64,000 nt of DNA from Thermoplasmata archaeon (GTDB taxonomy: Archaea; Thermoplasmatota; E2; JACPAO01; JAHFTW01), in contig JAXDQS010000005.1 of NCBI GenBank assembly GCA_034667725.1, positions 64,001 to 128,000 of the forward strand, read 5' to 3'. The notes beneath the pieces were generated by a model, which was not told the origin of the DNA, did no database searches, and worked only from the letters and a program-made list of their open reading frames with translations. Below, piece by piece: positions 9,316-19,473 of this stretch (positions are counted from its first letter, which is position 1; each line of letters begins with the position of its first letter). The position numbers were made by a program, and so were the translations under genes.

Positions 9316-10668
9316 TCAGTCCAGCAGCACCGCGTCCGTCCTGCTTCCCCGCAACTGGGAATCCAACTCTCGCCCATCGACGGCGTCCACGTCCACGTAG
9401 CCGTTGTCGCCGTGCAACCTCCAAGCCGGGCGGAAGAACACGCCGAGGTGGCGCAGCCGGACCTGCTCGGGCTTGGGCTCGACCTTGCGGCGTTCGGTGT
9501 AGAACAGCGAGTTGTTGGCGTCGGGCACGCGGACCTCGACGGTGCGGGTGTGGCGGGCGACGACGTGGGCCAGGGCGGCGGGATTGGCGCGTTCTTCCTG
9601 GATGCGCAGCACGCGCTCGGTGGACTGGTACGGGTGGTCGGGGGCGAGCAGGCTGGGGCCGTCCGGGTTGCATTGGTCGGGGTCCACTTCGAGCGCGGAC
9701 TTGTCGGAGCCGTGGACCTGGACGCGGCCGTCGCGGGTGTCGCAGGAGATTTTGCCCTCCTGGAGCACGTCGACCTCGTAGTCGAACAGGTGGACGGGGT
9801 GCAGCAACACTTCCGTCATCCGCACCGAGAACAGGCGGTCCTTGACCTTGCGCTTGGCGTCCTCGAGGGTGACGCGGGCCGGCAGCACCGGCCGGGTCGG
9901 CGCCTTGCGCGCGGGCTTCGCCGGCGCGGCGGCGACCGTCGGCGGGCTCCACGGCGCCGCGAAGGGGGTGGCGGGAGCGGCAGCGGGGGCGGGTGCCATC
10001 GGGGGCGCCATCGGGGCGGGCATGGGCATGGCGATCACGGGGGCCGGGGCGGCGACGGGGGCAGCCATGGCCACGGGCGGTGTGGCCAGATGGGGGAACG
10101 GCGCGATGGGGTCCGGCTCCGGCATGGGGGGCAGCTCGGGGATGTCGAGGTCGAGGCGGGGGCTGGCGGCGGTGGGTTCGGCGACCTCCAAGATGGCCTC
10201 CATGGCGTAGGCCGGCTCGGGGTCGGGCGCGGCGGCGCGGAACGCTTCGGGCAGCAGCTCCTCGAAGGTCTCGGCCACGCGGTGGGGCTGTTCCAACGGC
10301 ATCTCGGGGAGCGGGTCGCCGAGGGCTTCGGCGAGGCGGGTCTCGCCCAGGAGGCGCACCAGGGTGGCGCGGTCCCACAGCACGACGTGGCCGGCGGGCT
10401 CGGCGGCCTCCTCGCCCAGGTGCAGCAGGACGCCGCGGTCGGCGCCGACGTCCGCGACGCACCGGGCGAACTCGTCGATGGCGTCGCGCTCCAGGGGGGA
10501 GCCGTCGAGGTGGCCGGACACCACGATGGTGCCCGACTCGGACTCGGCGAGGATGGGGACGGTGTAGACGGCGCCGCTGCGGCCTTCGAGCGCGGCCTCC
10601 GGCGAAACGGTGTACCCGTGCAGGCCAAAGAGCCCGCTCAGGAGGTCGGCGACAGTGCCCATGTGCAT
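9316..10668 (-). CDS. Mrr-like (restriction-endonuclease fold, degenerate) domain + Pro/Ala linker + uncharacterised C-terminal domain
   Basis: LFGLHGYTV...LEGRSGAVY...ADRGVLL...VVLWDRATLVRLLG; no D...ExK catalytic motif visible. Confidence 0.65.
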   Translation of the reverse strand: MHMGTVADLLSGLFGLHGYTVSPEAALEGRSGAVYTVPILAESESGTIVVSGHLDGSPLERDAIDEFARCVADVGADRGVLLHLGEEAAEPAGHVVLWDRATLVRLLGETRLAEALGDPLPEMPLEQPHRVAETFEELLPEAFRAAAPDPEPAYAMEAILEVAEPTAASPRLDLDIPELPPMPEPDPIAPFPHLATPPVAMAAPVAAPAPVIAMPMPAPMAPPMAPAPAAAPATPFAAPWSPPTVAAAPAKPARKAPTRPVLPARVTLEDAKRKVKDRLFSVRMTEVLLHPVHLFDYEVDVLQEGKISCDTRDGRVQVHGSDKSALEVDPDQCNPDGPSLLAPDHPYQSTERVLRIQEERANPAALAHVVARHTRTVEVRVPDANNSLFYTERRKVEPKPEQVRLRHLGVFFRPAWRLHGDNGYVDVDAVDGRELDSQLRGSRTDAVLLD

Positions 10669-10758
10669 CCCGTCGCCTCGACCGGCTCCATCGGAAATGA
10701 ACCCTTCGAGTCGGTTTCGTCCGGCAAACTCCATCCCCATGGCCCGGGTCCAGCGGCC

Positions 10759-11622
10759 GTGGAGGGCTGGGATGACGCGGTGGCCCTGCTCGCGCGTTCC
10801 GCGGGGCGTCGTTCCACGCTCCTCCCGCCAAGCCCTTTGTTCGAGCCCGTTTCCCCGCTCGATCCCGGCCCGGTCGCCGCCGTCGACGGCAGCCACGCGG
10901 TGCTGGTCGACAACGGCGCCGTCTGGGTCGCCGCCGTGCGCGCCGCCGCAACACCTTGGCCCGGGGCCCCCCGTGCCGAGGTTCCCGTCCGGCTGGTCGC
11001 GGCGGCCGCCGCCGACGGGCCCGACCAGGTCGCGCGCGCCTACGAGGCCGCCGGCCTGCTGGCCCCGACCGTGCGCAACGCGGAGGCGTGGGCCGAGGCG
11101 CACCGCGCCCTTGCCGAGCTGGACGCCGCCCACGCCGCGCTCGACGCGCTGCCGACCGGTGGCCTTCTCCTGATGGACGGCGCGCTCCACCAGTTGCCGC
11201 GCGGCCCGCAGCAGGCGGCCGACCGGCTCCTGGCCCAAGCCGGCACGCGCGGCGTCCGCGTGCTGGGCGTCGCCAAGCGCAGCGGCCTCTTGGACCCGGC
11301 CGACCCCGCCCTCGCCGCGGCCCCCCGCTCGGCTTGGCGCCTTCGCTTGGCCGACGGCATCCACGCCTGCCGGCTTCATGGCGCCGCGCCGCACGTGTTC
11401 CGCGTCGATGGCGACGCCGCCGACCTCGGCCGCCTCCTTCCCCTGTCGCGCGACGCGGTCTATGCGGGCTATCCGTACCCGTTGGCGCTGGCGCACAACC
11501 GGGTCGCGATTGCGCAGGCGCACGCCCGCGAGCTTGCCGCCGCGCTCGACGCGCGGCTGCGCTCGGCGGGCGCCTTGCGGGCCATCGCGGACTTCCACGA
11601 GGTCCTGGACCGGAACACTTAG
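10759..11622 (+). CDS. nurA: NurA-family nuclease
   Basis: AAVDGS, LLMDGAL, GVAKRS, GYPYPLALAHNRV. Start approximate. Confidence 0.85.
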   Translation: MEGWDDAVALLARSAGRRSTLLPPSPLFEPVSPLDPGPVAAVDGSHAVLVDNGAVWVAAVRAAATPWPGAPRAEVPVRLVAAAAADGPDQVARAYEAAGLLAPTVRNAEAWAEAHRALAELDAAHAALDALPTGGLLLMDGALHQLPRGPQQAADRLLAQAGTRGVRVLGVAKRSGLLDPADPALAAAPRSAWRLRLADGIHACRLHGAAPHVFRVDGDAADLGRLLPLSRDAVYAGYPYPLALAHNRVAIAQAHARELAAALDARLRSAGALRAIADFHEVLDRNT

Positions 11623-11628
11623 GGGCCG

Positions 11629-13029
11629 CTAGGGGCCGGTGTAGCGCAACACCACGAGGCCGCCGGAGGTCTCGGCGCCGACGACGTGGGTCGGGTCGGC
11701 CCACCAGGCGTCGAAGGCGCTGCCGCCGCCCAGGCCTGCAAGCGGGCCAGGCAAGCCGGTGCCCGCGCCGGCCAGGGGCTTGGCGTAGGCGGTGGTGCGC
11801 GGGTGCAGCAGGTTGGCTTCGTCGTGAACGTCGACGACCCAGAAGCCGCCGGCGTAGTGGGCGAGCGCGACCTTGCCGTGGGCAGCGTCGAGGTAGTGCG
11901 GCCCGCCGGTGGCGCCGCTGGGCGAGTCGCCCGGGATTTTCCAGCTCGAGATGTAGGTGGGGTGCGCGGGGTCGGTGGTGTCGAAGAAGGTGAGGTAGCC
12001 CGAGTCGGGCTGGCCGCTGATCTCCGGCTCCGCGACCGTGACGTGGCGGCCGCCGACGAGGTCGGGGAAGGGGCGCGCCATGTGGATGTCGCCGTAGGGC
12101 GCGGGGCCGAAGTCGTTGGCCTGCCCGACGCGCACAGGGTGGGCGGGGTCGGTCACGTCGAGGATGACGACGCCGAGGTCCCAGTAGGCGACGTAGGCGA
12201 GGGTCCGGCCGGTGATGGGATGCACTTGGACCGAAACGTCATGGGGGAACAGCTCGCCGCTGGCCGGATAGACGTCCGCCTCGGTGGCCTGCGGGTCGCG
12301 GTATTCCGCCAGGGTGTTGAGCCGGGCGACCGGGCCGGAGGCGTCCAGTTCCAGGATCACAAGGCGCTGCTGCTCCGGCGGCGCCACCTGGGCGTAGGCG
12401 TAGGCGAAGGCGTAGGCGCTGGCGAACACGATGTGCCGCCCCGTGATGTTGGCGTAGGTGATGGAGTGCGGGCCGTCGGGCGCGATGGGGGTGAAGCCCG
12501 CCCAGCGCGGGTTGGCCTTGTCGGAGATGTCCACGATGTGGATGCCGTGCGGCAGGTTGGCGCCGGGCTCCATCACGTTCGGGCCTTGCGCGGAGGTGGG
12601 GAAGCGCTGCGTCTCCCAGAACGCCCAGTTGCCGTCGGCGCTGACCTCGATGTCGGGCTCGAAGCCGGCGTCGAGCGCGATGTGGCCCACTTCGACCGGG
12701 TGCTCCACGTCGTGCACGTCGAAGATGACGAGGCCCTGCTCCGGCCCGGTGCGGCACAAGTAGGCGTAGCCGTCCAGCACGGCGCTCTCGACGTAGCCTT
12801 CCGTCGGCTGCGGCGTCCGCCCGGCGGCCCCCGTCACGGCGGCGACCCGCTCCAGGTTCACCTGCTCCGGCACGCCCGGCTCCCAGCCGTCGTCCCCGAT
12901 GGGCCGCCCAATGGTGGCCTCCAAGGCGTCGTAGTCGAAGCGTGGCGCCGGCTCGTCGCAGGCGCACGCCTCAGGGGCCGTGCAGCCCGCCAAAAGGAGA
13001 AGCCCGAGGACAAGAAGCACGCCGCGCAT
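11629..13029 (-). CDS. LVIVD-repeat (beta-propeller) lipoprotein
   Basis: LAGC lipobox; repeated LVIFDVHD, IHIVDISD, VVILDVTDP and FWVVDVHD. Confidence 0.85.
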   Translation of the reverse strand: MRGVLLVLGLLLLAGCTAPEACACDEPAPRFDYDALEATIGRPIGDDGWEPGVPEQVNLERVAAVTGAAGRTPQPTEGYVESAVLDGYAYLCRTGPEQGLVIFDVHDVEHPVEVGHIALDAGFEPDIEVSADGNWAFWETQRFPTSAQGPNVMEPGANLPHGIHIVDISDKANPRWAGFTPIAPDGPHSITYANITGRHIVFASAYAFAYAYAQVAPPEQQRLVILELDASGPVARLNTLAEYRDPQATEADVYPASGELFPHDVSVQVHPITGRTLAYVAYWDLGVVILDVTDPAHPVRVGQANDFGPAPYGDIHMARPFPDLVGGRHVTVAEPEISGQPDSGYLTFFDTTDPAHPTYISSWKIPGDSPSGATGGPHYLDAAHGKVALAHYAGGFWVVDVHDEANLLHPRTTAYAKPLAGAGTGLPGPLAGLGGGSAFDAWWADPTHVVGAETSGGLVVLRYTGP

Positions 13030-13101
13030 CGGATTGCCGACCCCGGGGCGCGTCATGGAGTTTGCCGCCCAGTTGAAGACCGGCGGCCCGGTGCGCGGGG
13101 C

Positions 13102-14020
<919 letters not shown>

Positions 14021-14028
<8 letters not shown>

Positions 14029-14848
14029 CATGGGCAGCATCCTGCATGTGGCCCGCACCCCCGCGGCGCCCAACCGGCCGCCGATGGACGTCTCGTGGCG
14101 CGGCTCGTGGGCGATGGTGCAGCGCAACCGCGACGTGTACCTCAAGACCTGGAAGACCAACTTCCTGCCCCCGCTCCTAGAGCCGCTCTTGTACCTGCTG
14201 TCGATGGGCTTCGGCGTCGGCGCCCTGGTGCGCGAGATCGGCGGCGTCTCCTACGCCCAGTTCATCGCCCCCGCCATCCTGGCCATCACCATGATGCAGG
14301 GCGCGTTCTTCGAGACCACCTACAACTCGTTCGTGCGGATGTATTTCCAGAAGACCTGGGACGCCGTCACCGCGACGCCGACCTCGATCGACGACGTGCT
14401 CTGGGGCGAGATCGTCTGGGCGGCCGCCAAGTCCACCATCAACGCCACCCTGATGGCCGTCGTCATCGCCGCCTTCGGCCTGCTGCCGTGGGCCATGCTC
14501 CTCTTGGTGCCTGTGGTCGCCTTCGTCGCCGGCCTTGCCTTCGGCGGCATCGGCCTCGCCGTGTCCGCCTTGGTGCGCGGCATCGACGGCTTCAGCATCG
14601 CCATCTACCTGTTCGTGACGCCGATGATGCTGTTCTCGGGCACGTTCTTCCCGCTCGCGAACCTGCCCGCCGCCGCGCAGTACGTCGCCAAGGCGCTGCC
14701 GCTCACGCACACGGTCGAGACGGTGCGCGCGCTGGCGGCCGGCGACCCGCTCGCCATCCCGGCCTTCGCCGTGGCGTACCTGCTGGCGGCGGCGGTGCTG
14801 TGCCCGCTGGGGGCGATGCTCCTCATGCGCCGCAAGCTCATCGTGTAG
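14021..14848 (+). CDS. ABC-2 type permease (NodJ-like)
   Basis: About 6 TM; EPLLYLLSMGFG, FSGTFFP, LPLTH. Confidence 0.9.
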
Positions 14849-14853
14849 GCTAA

Positions 14854-16902
14854 ATGACGGCGCCCCCGTCGTCCCGCGTGGCTGCCGGCCGCAACGCCCC
14901 TGGGGACGAAGACGCGCCGTTCGTGCCCGCGAACGTCAGCCTCGCGGAGGTCACCGTCAAGGCCGTCCTCCTCGGCATGGTGCTCTCCGTCGTCCTGGGC
15001 GCCGCCAACACCTACCTGGGCCTCAAGGCGGGCCTGACCGTCGCCGCCGCCATCCCGGCCGCCGTCGTGAGCCTGGGCGTGCTGAAGCTGTTCCGCAAGC
15101 ACAACGTGCTCGAGAACAACATGGTGCAGACCATCGCGTCCGCCGGCACCGCGGTCGCGTCGGGCATCCTGTTCACCATCCCGGCGCTACTGCTTCTCAA
15201 GACCGCCAACGGCCAGCCGGTCTGGGACCACGTCCACTACATGGAGACCACCATCATTGGCCTCGTGGGCGGCATCCTGGGCGTCTTGTTCACGGTGCCG
15301 TTGCGCAAGGCTCTCATCGTCGAGGAGCGGCTGGCGTTCCCCGAGGGCGTCGCGACGGCGGAGGTCCTCAAGGCGGGCACGTCGGGCGGCGGCATCGCGG
15401 CCCTGCTGCTGGGCGGTGGCCTTGGGGCAGCCTACAAGTTCCTCCAGAGCGGCATCAAACTGTTCGACGACTCCATCCTGCACGTCCAGCAGTTCGGCGG
15501 CCGCGTCGTGACCGGCATCGGCACCGTCCTCAGCCCGGCCCTCATGGGGGTCGGCTTCATCATCGGCCTCCGGATCGCGACCCTCGTCTTCGCGGGCGGC
15601 GTCCTCGGCTGGCTCGTTGGGCTTCCCCTTATCACCGGCCTCCTCACGCCGGAGCAGATCGCCGCCGACATCCCCGCCACGAGCGCCTGCAAGGCCGACA
15701 TCCTCTCCGGGGTCGCCGAGAAGGTGGCCGCCTGCGCCGTCGGCTTCGAGGTCCGCTACCTAGGTGTTGGCGCCATGCTGGTGGGCGGCGTCTGGTCGCT
15801 CGTCAAGCTGCGCGGCCCCCTCGTCCGCGCCGTCAAGCAAGGCGTCCAGAGCGCCAAGGGCAGCGCGGGCCCGAAGCAGGAGGTCGTGCGCACCGAGGTC
15901 GAGCTGTCCCCGCTCACGACGTATGCCGGCATCGCCCTGATGCTGGTCCCGATGTTCTTCTTCTACGCCTTCGTCACGGAGTGGAACTGGGGCGTCGCCG
16001 CCATCATGGCGCTCATCATGGCGATCACGGGCTTCCTGTTCTCCGCCGTCGGCGCCTACATGGCCGGCCTGGTGGGCAGCAGCAACAACCCGATCTCCGG
16101 CGTCACCATCCTCACGCTGCTGGTGTCCGCGTTCACCCTCAAGGCCCTCGGCCTGCTGCCCGACATCGGCGCCGCCGCCACCATCTTCGTCGCCGCCATC
16201 ATCGCGGTGGCCGGCAGCATCGCGAGCGACAACCTGCAGGACCTCAAGGCGGGCTACATGCTGGGCGCGACGCCGCGCAAGCAGCAGGCGATGATCGCCA
16301 TCGGCGCCGCCGTGTCCGCCTTCTTCATCGCCCCGGTCATCCAGATCCTGGTCGATGGCTCCACGTGCAAGGTCGGGGACCAGATGATCGCTGGCATCGA
16401 GTGCCTCAAGGCCCCCCAAGCCAACCTGATGGCGAGCATCTCGGGCGGCATCTTCAACCCGGACGTGGCCGGCCTGCCCTACCCCATCATCGGCTTCGGG
16501 ATGCTCATCGCCGTCGCCCTCATCGTGGCCGACATGGTCCAGCAGCGGCGCGGCAGCAGTTTCCGCATCCCCGTCATGGCGGTCGCGGTCGGCATCTACC
16601 TCGGCATCGAGACCACCGCCCCCATCTTCCTCGGCGGCCTGTTCGCCTGGTTCGCCGGCCGCGCCTTCCTTCGCCGCACCGGCACCGAGATGCCTGAAGG
16701 CAACAACCCGGGCGTGCTGTTCGCGTCGGGCTTGATCGCCGGCGAGGCCTTGGTCGGCATCCTGGTGGCGGCGCTGGTCGGGACCGACGTGGTGCTGCGG
16801 ACCCCGGGCGCCCCGTTGCTGGGATTGCCGGGCCTCGTGCTGCTGCTCTACCTTGGGTACGTGATGTACCATGTGGTGATGCGGACGGCGCGGAAGGCCT
16901 AG
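14854..16902 (+). CDS. OPT-family oligopeptide transporter
   Basis: YLGLKAGLTV, ENNMVQTIASAG, FPEGVATAEVL, DNLQDLKAGYMLGATPRKQQ, SGLIAGEAL. Confidence 0.95.
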   Translation: MTAPPSSRVAAGRNAPGDEDAPFVPANVSLAEVTVKAVLLGMVLSVVLGAANTYLGLKAGLTVAAAIPAAVVSLGVLKLFRKHNVLENNMVQTIASAGTAVASGILFTIPALLLLKTANGQPVWDHVHYMETTIIGLVGGILGVLFTVPLRKALIVEERLAFPEGVATAEVLKAGTSGGGIAALLLGGGLGAAYKFLQSGIKLFDDSILHVQQFGGRVVTGIGTVLSPALMGVGFIIGLRIATLVFAGGVLGWLVGLPLITGLLTPEQIAADIPATSACKADILSGVAEKVAACAVGFEVRYLGVGAMLVGGVWSLVKLRGPLVRAVKQGVQSAKGSAGPKQEVVRTEVELSPLTTYAGIALMLVPMFFFYAFVTEWNWGVAAIMALIMAITGFLFSAVGAYMAGLVGSSNNPISGVTILTLLVSAFTLKALGLLPDIGAAATIFVAAIIAVAGSIASDNLQDLKAGYMLGATPRKQQAMIAIGAAVSAFFIAPVIQILVDGSTCKVGDQMIAGIECLKAPQANLMASISGGIFNPDVAGLPYPIIGFGMLIAVALIVADMVQQRRGSSFRIPVMAVAVGIYLGIETTAPIFLGGLFAWFAGRAFLRRTGTEMPEGNNPGVLFASGLIAGEALVGILVAALVGTDVVLRTPGAPLLGLPGLVLLLYLGYVMYHVVMRTARKA

Positions 16903-17225
16903 CGTTCTAGCGTGTCCAAGTGTTGCTGAAGGACGTTGAGGGCAGCCTGCGCCTCGCCAGGGTTCTTGGGGATGAAGTCGCGGGGCGGCCAGGCGGGACG
17001 AGGCGGCGCCGGCATCCGAGTCTCTTGGACCAAGCGTGCCACCAAGGCTTCCCGGACCGAACGCTCTCCCACGCCGCCATCGAGGGAATACTGGATTCCC
17101 TCCAAGGCTTTCGCCATGCGGAAGAAGGTGCGGATGAACAGCACCCACAGGATGAACGCGGCGACCCCGGCCGCCAGCCACAAGATCACGGGCAGGCCCA
17201 AGCTTTCGAATCCGTTGCTTGCCAT
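16899..17225 (-). CDS. Small membrane-anchored hypothetical protein
   Basis: Single N-terminal TM helix; convergent with the OPT gene. Confidence 0.5.
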   Translation of the reverse strand: MASNGFESLGLPVILWLAAGVAAFILWVLFIRTFFRMAKALEGIQYSLDGGVGERSVREALVARLVQETRMPAPPRPAWPPRDFIPKNPGEAQAALNVLQQHLDTLER

Positions 17226-17334
17226 GGAAATCGGAACGGGGTTTGAAGAAATCATTTCGCGTTTCCCATGCGGGAGGACGCCCGGGGTCGGCCGCGCCGA
17301 ACAGGCTTAACGCGCCCCCGCCGCTCCCCGCCCC

Positions 17335-18723
17335 ATGCAGGCCGTCCAGGTCCCCGCCACCGTCCTCGAGCACCTCCGCGCCCACGAGGCCCAGCACCTC
17401 AAGGAGCTCCAGGAGCTGGTGCGCATCCCCAGCGTCTCCGCGGATCCAAAGCACGCCCCTGAGGTGCGGCGGGCGGCGGAGTGGCTGATGGCGCGGCTGC
17501 GGAAGGCGGGCATGGAGAACGTGCGGCTCGTCCCCACCTCCGGCCATCCCGCCATCGTGGCCGACTGGCTGCACGCGGGCGCGAACGCGCCGACGCTCTT
17601 GGTGTACGGCCACTACGACGTGCAGCCGGCGGCCAAGTCGGACGGCTGGAAGTACGAGCCGTTCGACGCGCACGTGGCCGACGGCCGCATCTGGGGGCGG
17701 GGCACGACGGACGACAAGGGCCAGCTCATGTGCCACGTGTTCGCGGCGGAGGCTTGGCTCCAGACCCAGGGCAAGCTGCCGGTGAACCTGAAGCTGGTGT
17801 TCGAGGGCGAGGAGGAGGTCGGCAGCCTGCACTACAACGAGGTGCTGCAGCGCGCGGGCAAGGACCTGAAGGCGGACCTGTTGATCGTGAGCGACTCCCC
17901 GATGCGCGGCGAGGACCAGCCGGCGTTGACGCACACCCTCCGGGGCCTGGCCTACTTCCAGGTGGACGTGCAGGGCCCTAAGTCCGACCTCCATTCGGGC
18001 ACGTTCGGCGGCATCCTGTGGAACCCGAACGAGGCGGTGGCGCACATGCTGGCGGCCTGCAAGGACCCCAAGACGGGCCGCGTGCTGATCCCGGGCTTCT
18101 ACGACGACGTGGTGCCGGCGAGCCGCGACGAGCGCGCCCGGCTTGCGACGGTGGCGGAGTCGGACCAGGCCCTGATGGCGCAGACCGGCGTCGACGCGTT
18201 GTGGGGCGAGCAGGGCTGGACCCCGTACGAGCGCATCGGCGTCCGTCCCACCTTCGAGGTCAACGGCATCTATGGCGGCTACACAGGGGAGGGCGCCAAG
18301 ACCGTCATCCCGGCCCACGCCCACGCGAAGGTGTCGTGCCGCCTCGTGGCCAACCAGGACCCGAAGAAGATGGCCGCCTTGGTGCAGCGCCACCTGGAGT
18401 CGTTGGCGAAGCCGGGCACCAAGGTGACCGTCACCGTCCTGTCCGCGGGCAGCCCTGTGCGCGCCGACCCCGAGCATCCGTTGGTCAAGGCGGTGGAGCG
18501 CGCGCTGGAGGCGACCTGGGGGAAACGGCCGGTGCTGATTCCCGAGGGGGGCAGCATCCCGCCGGTGGCCGACATGCAGCGCGAGCTGGGGGTCGCGGCC
18601 ATCCTGTGCGGCTTCGGCAACCGCGACGAGAACATGCACGCCCCGGAGGAATCGTTCCGCCTGTCGAGCTTCAACAAGGGGCGCGAGGCGTGTGCGCGGA
18701 TGCTGGCGGAATTGGCGCGGTAG
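17335..18723 (+). CDS. M20-family dipeptidase
   Basis: YGHYDVQP, GRGTTDDKGQ, EGEEEVGS, DLHSG, HAPEE; CTTAA box ~27 bp upstream. Confidence 0.95.
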   Translation: MQAVQVPATVLEHLRAHEAQHLKELQELVRIPSVSADPKHAPEVRRAAEWLMARLRKAGMENVRLVPTSGHPAIVADWLHAGANAPTLLVYGHYDVQPAAKSDGWKYEPFDAHVADGRIWGRGTTDDKGQLMCHVFAAEAWLQTQGKLPVNLKLVFEGEEEVGSLHYNEVLQRAGKDLKADLLIVSDSPMRGEDQPALTHTLRGLAYFQVDVQGPKSDLHSGTFGGILWNPNEAVAHMLAACKDPKTGRVLIPGFYDDVVPASRDERARLATVAESDQALMAQTGVDALWGEQGWTPYERIGVRPTFEVNGIYGGYTGEGAKTVIPAHAHAKVSCRLVANQDPKKMAALVQRHLESLAKPGTKVTVTVLSAGSPVRADPEHPLVKAVERALEATWGKRPVLIPEGGSIPPVADMQRELGVAAILCGFGNRDENMHAPEESFRLSSFNKGREACARMLAELAR

Positions 18724-18895
18724 ACGGCAGGCCTGCCGCGCGGGACCGAAGGTCCCGCATGGTCGTCCAGGGGTTCCAAGGGGCGTAGCCCCTGGGACTG
18801 GGAACATGCACGCGCCCGAGGAGTCGTTCCGGCTGTCGAGCTTCAACAAGGGGCGCGAGGCGTGTGCGCGGATGCTGGCGGAGCTGGCGGGCTAG
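18630..18895 (+). repeat. Direct duplication of the last ~94 bp of the M20 gene (18630-18723 and 18802-18895)
   Basis: Both copies encode NMHAPEESFRLSSFNKGREACARMLAELA[R/G]*. Six codons differ synonymously, plus the last sense codon. Confidence 0.95.
18724..18801. mobile_element. REP/MITE-like multi-hairpin element between the duplicated gene ends
   Basis: CGGCAGGCCTGCCG palindrome; GCGGGACC-GAA-GGTCCCGC hairpin; AGGGGC-GTA-GCCCCT hairpin. Confidence 0.5.
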
Positions 18896-19022
18896 AAAGA
18901 CTTGGGACCGTTTGGCAAGGGTGAGAAACCTTCGCCGTTCGGACAGGCCAACGCCTGTGCGAATCCGCCCTCCTGCCGCCATTCCTGATGCGGCTGGCGG
19001 CGTTGCCCGCCTGGAACCGCCC

Positions 19023-19217
19023 ATGCCGCACGACGTCCTATTGGAGTACGACCCCGCGACCCGCCACTACACGGCCACGGTCCCAGGGATGCCAGGCATC
19101 CTTGCCGACGCGCGCACCGAGAAGACCGCGCTCAAGATGGCGGCCGAGGCCATCGCCGCCCACCGGGCCGCGGGCCGGCCCGTGCTGGCCTACCGCATGG
19201 TGCAGGTGGACGCATGA
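19023..19217 (+). CDS. hicB: HicB-like antitoxin (short, no DNA-binding domain)
   Basis: YTATVPGMPGILADARTEKTALKMAAEAI fits the HicB core pattern. Confidence 0.75.
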   Translation: MPHDVLLEYDPATRHYTATVPGMPGILADARTEKTALKMAAEAIAAHRAAGRPVLAYRMVQVDA

Positions 19218-19450
19218 CGCCGGCCAGCCTGCCGCCCACGCTGGAGGCCGCCGCCTTCGTGCGGCTGCTGGCCCGTGCCGGCTGGCAGGTGCGCGGCTGC
19301 CGCAACAGCCACCATCACCTGGTGCATCCGGCCACGGGCCGCCTCCTGGCGGTGGCGTTCCACCAGCGCGTCGGGCGCGCCTCGGCCGAGCGGGCGCTGG
19401 CCCGCGCCGGCGTCCCGCCGGACGCGGGGCCGCGCACCGGCACGGCTTAG
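19214..19450 (+). CDS. hicA: HicA-like toxin
   Basis: RLLARAGWQV..RNSHHHLVHP...AVAFH...LARAG; ATGA-coupled to hicB. Confidence 0.7.
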   Translation: MTPASLPPTLEAAAFVRLLARAGWQVRGCRNSHHHLVHPATGRLLAVAFHQRVGRASAERALARAGVPPDAGPRTGTA

Positions 19451-19473
19451 GGCGCCGCGCCGTTGCAGCCCCA

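Noticed and set aside
18630-18895. Duplication as a diversity-generating retroelement TR/VR pair
   Set aside because: Differences are synonymous and not adenine-specific, and there is no reverse transcriptase in the window.
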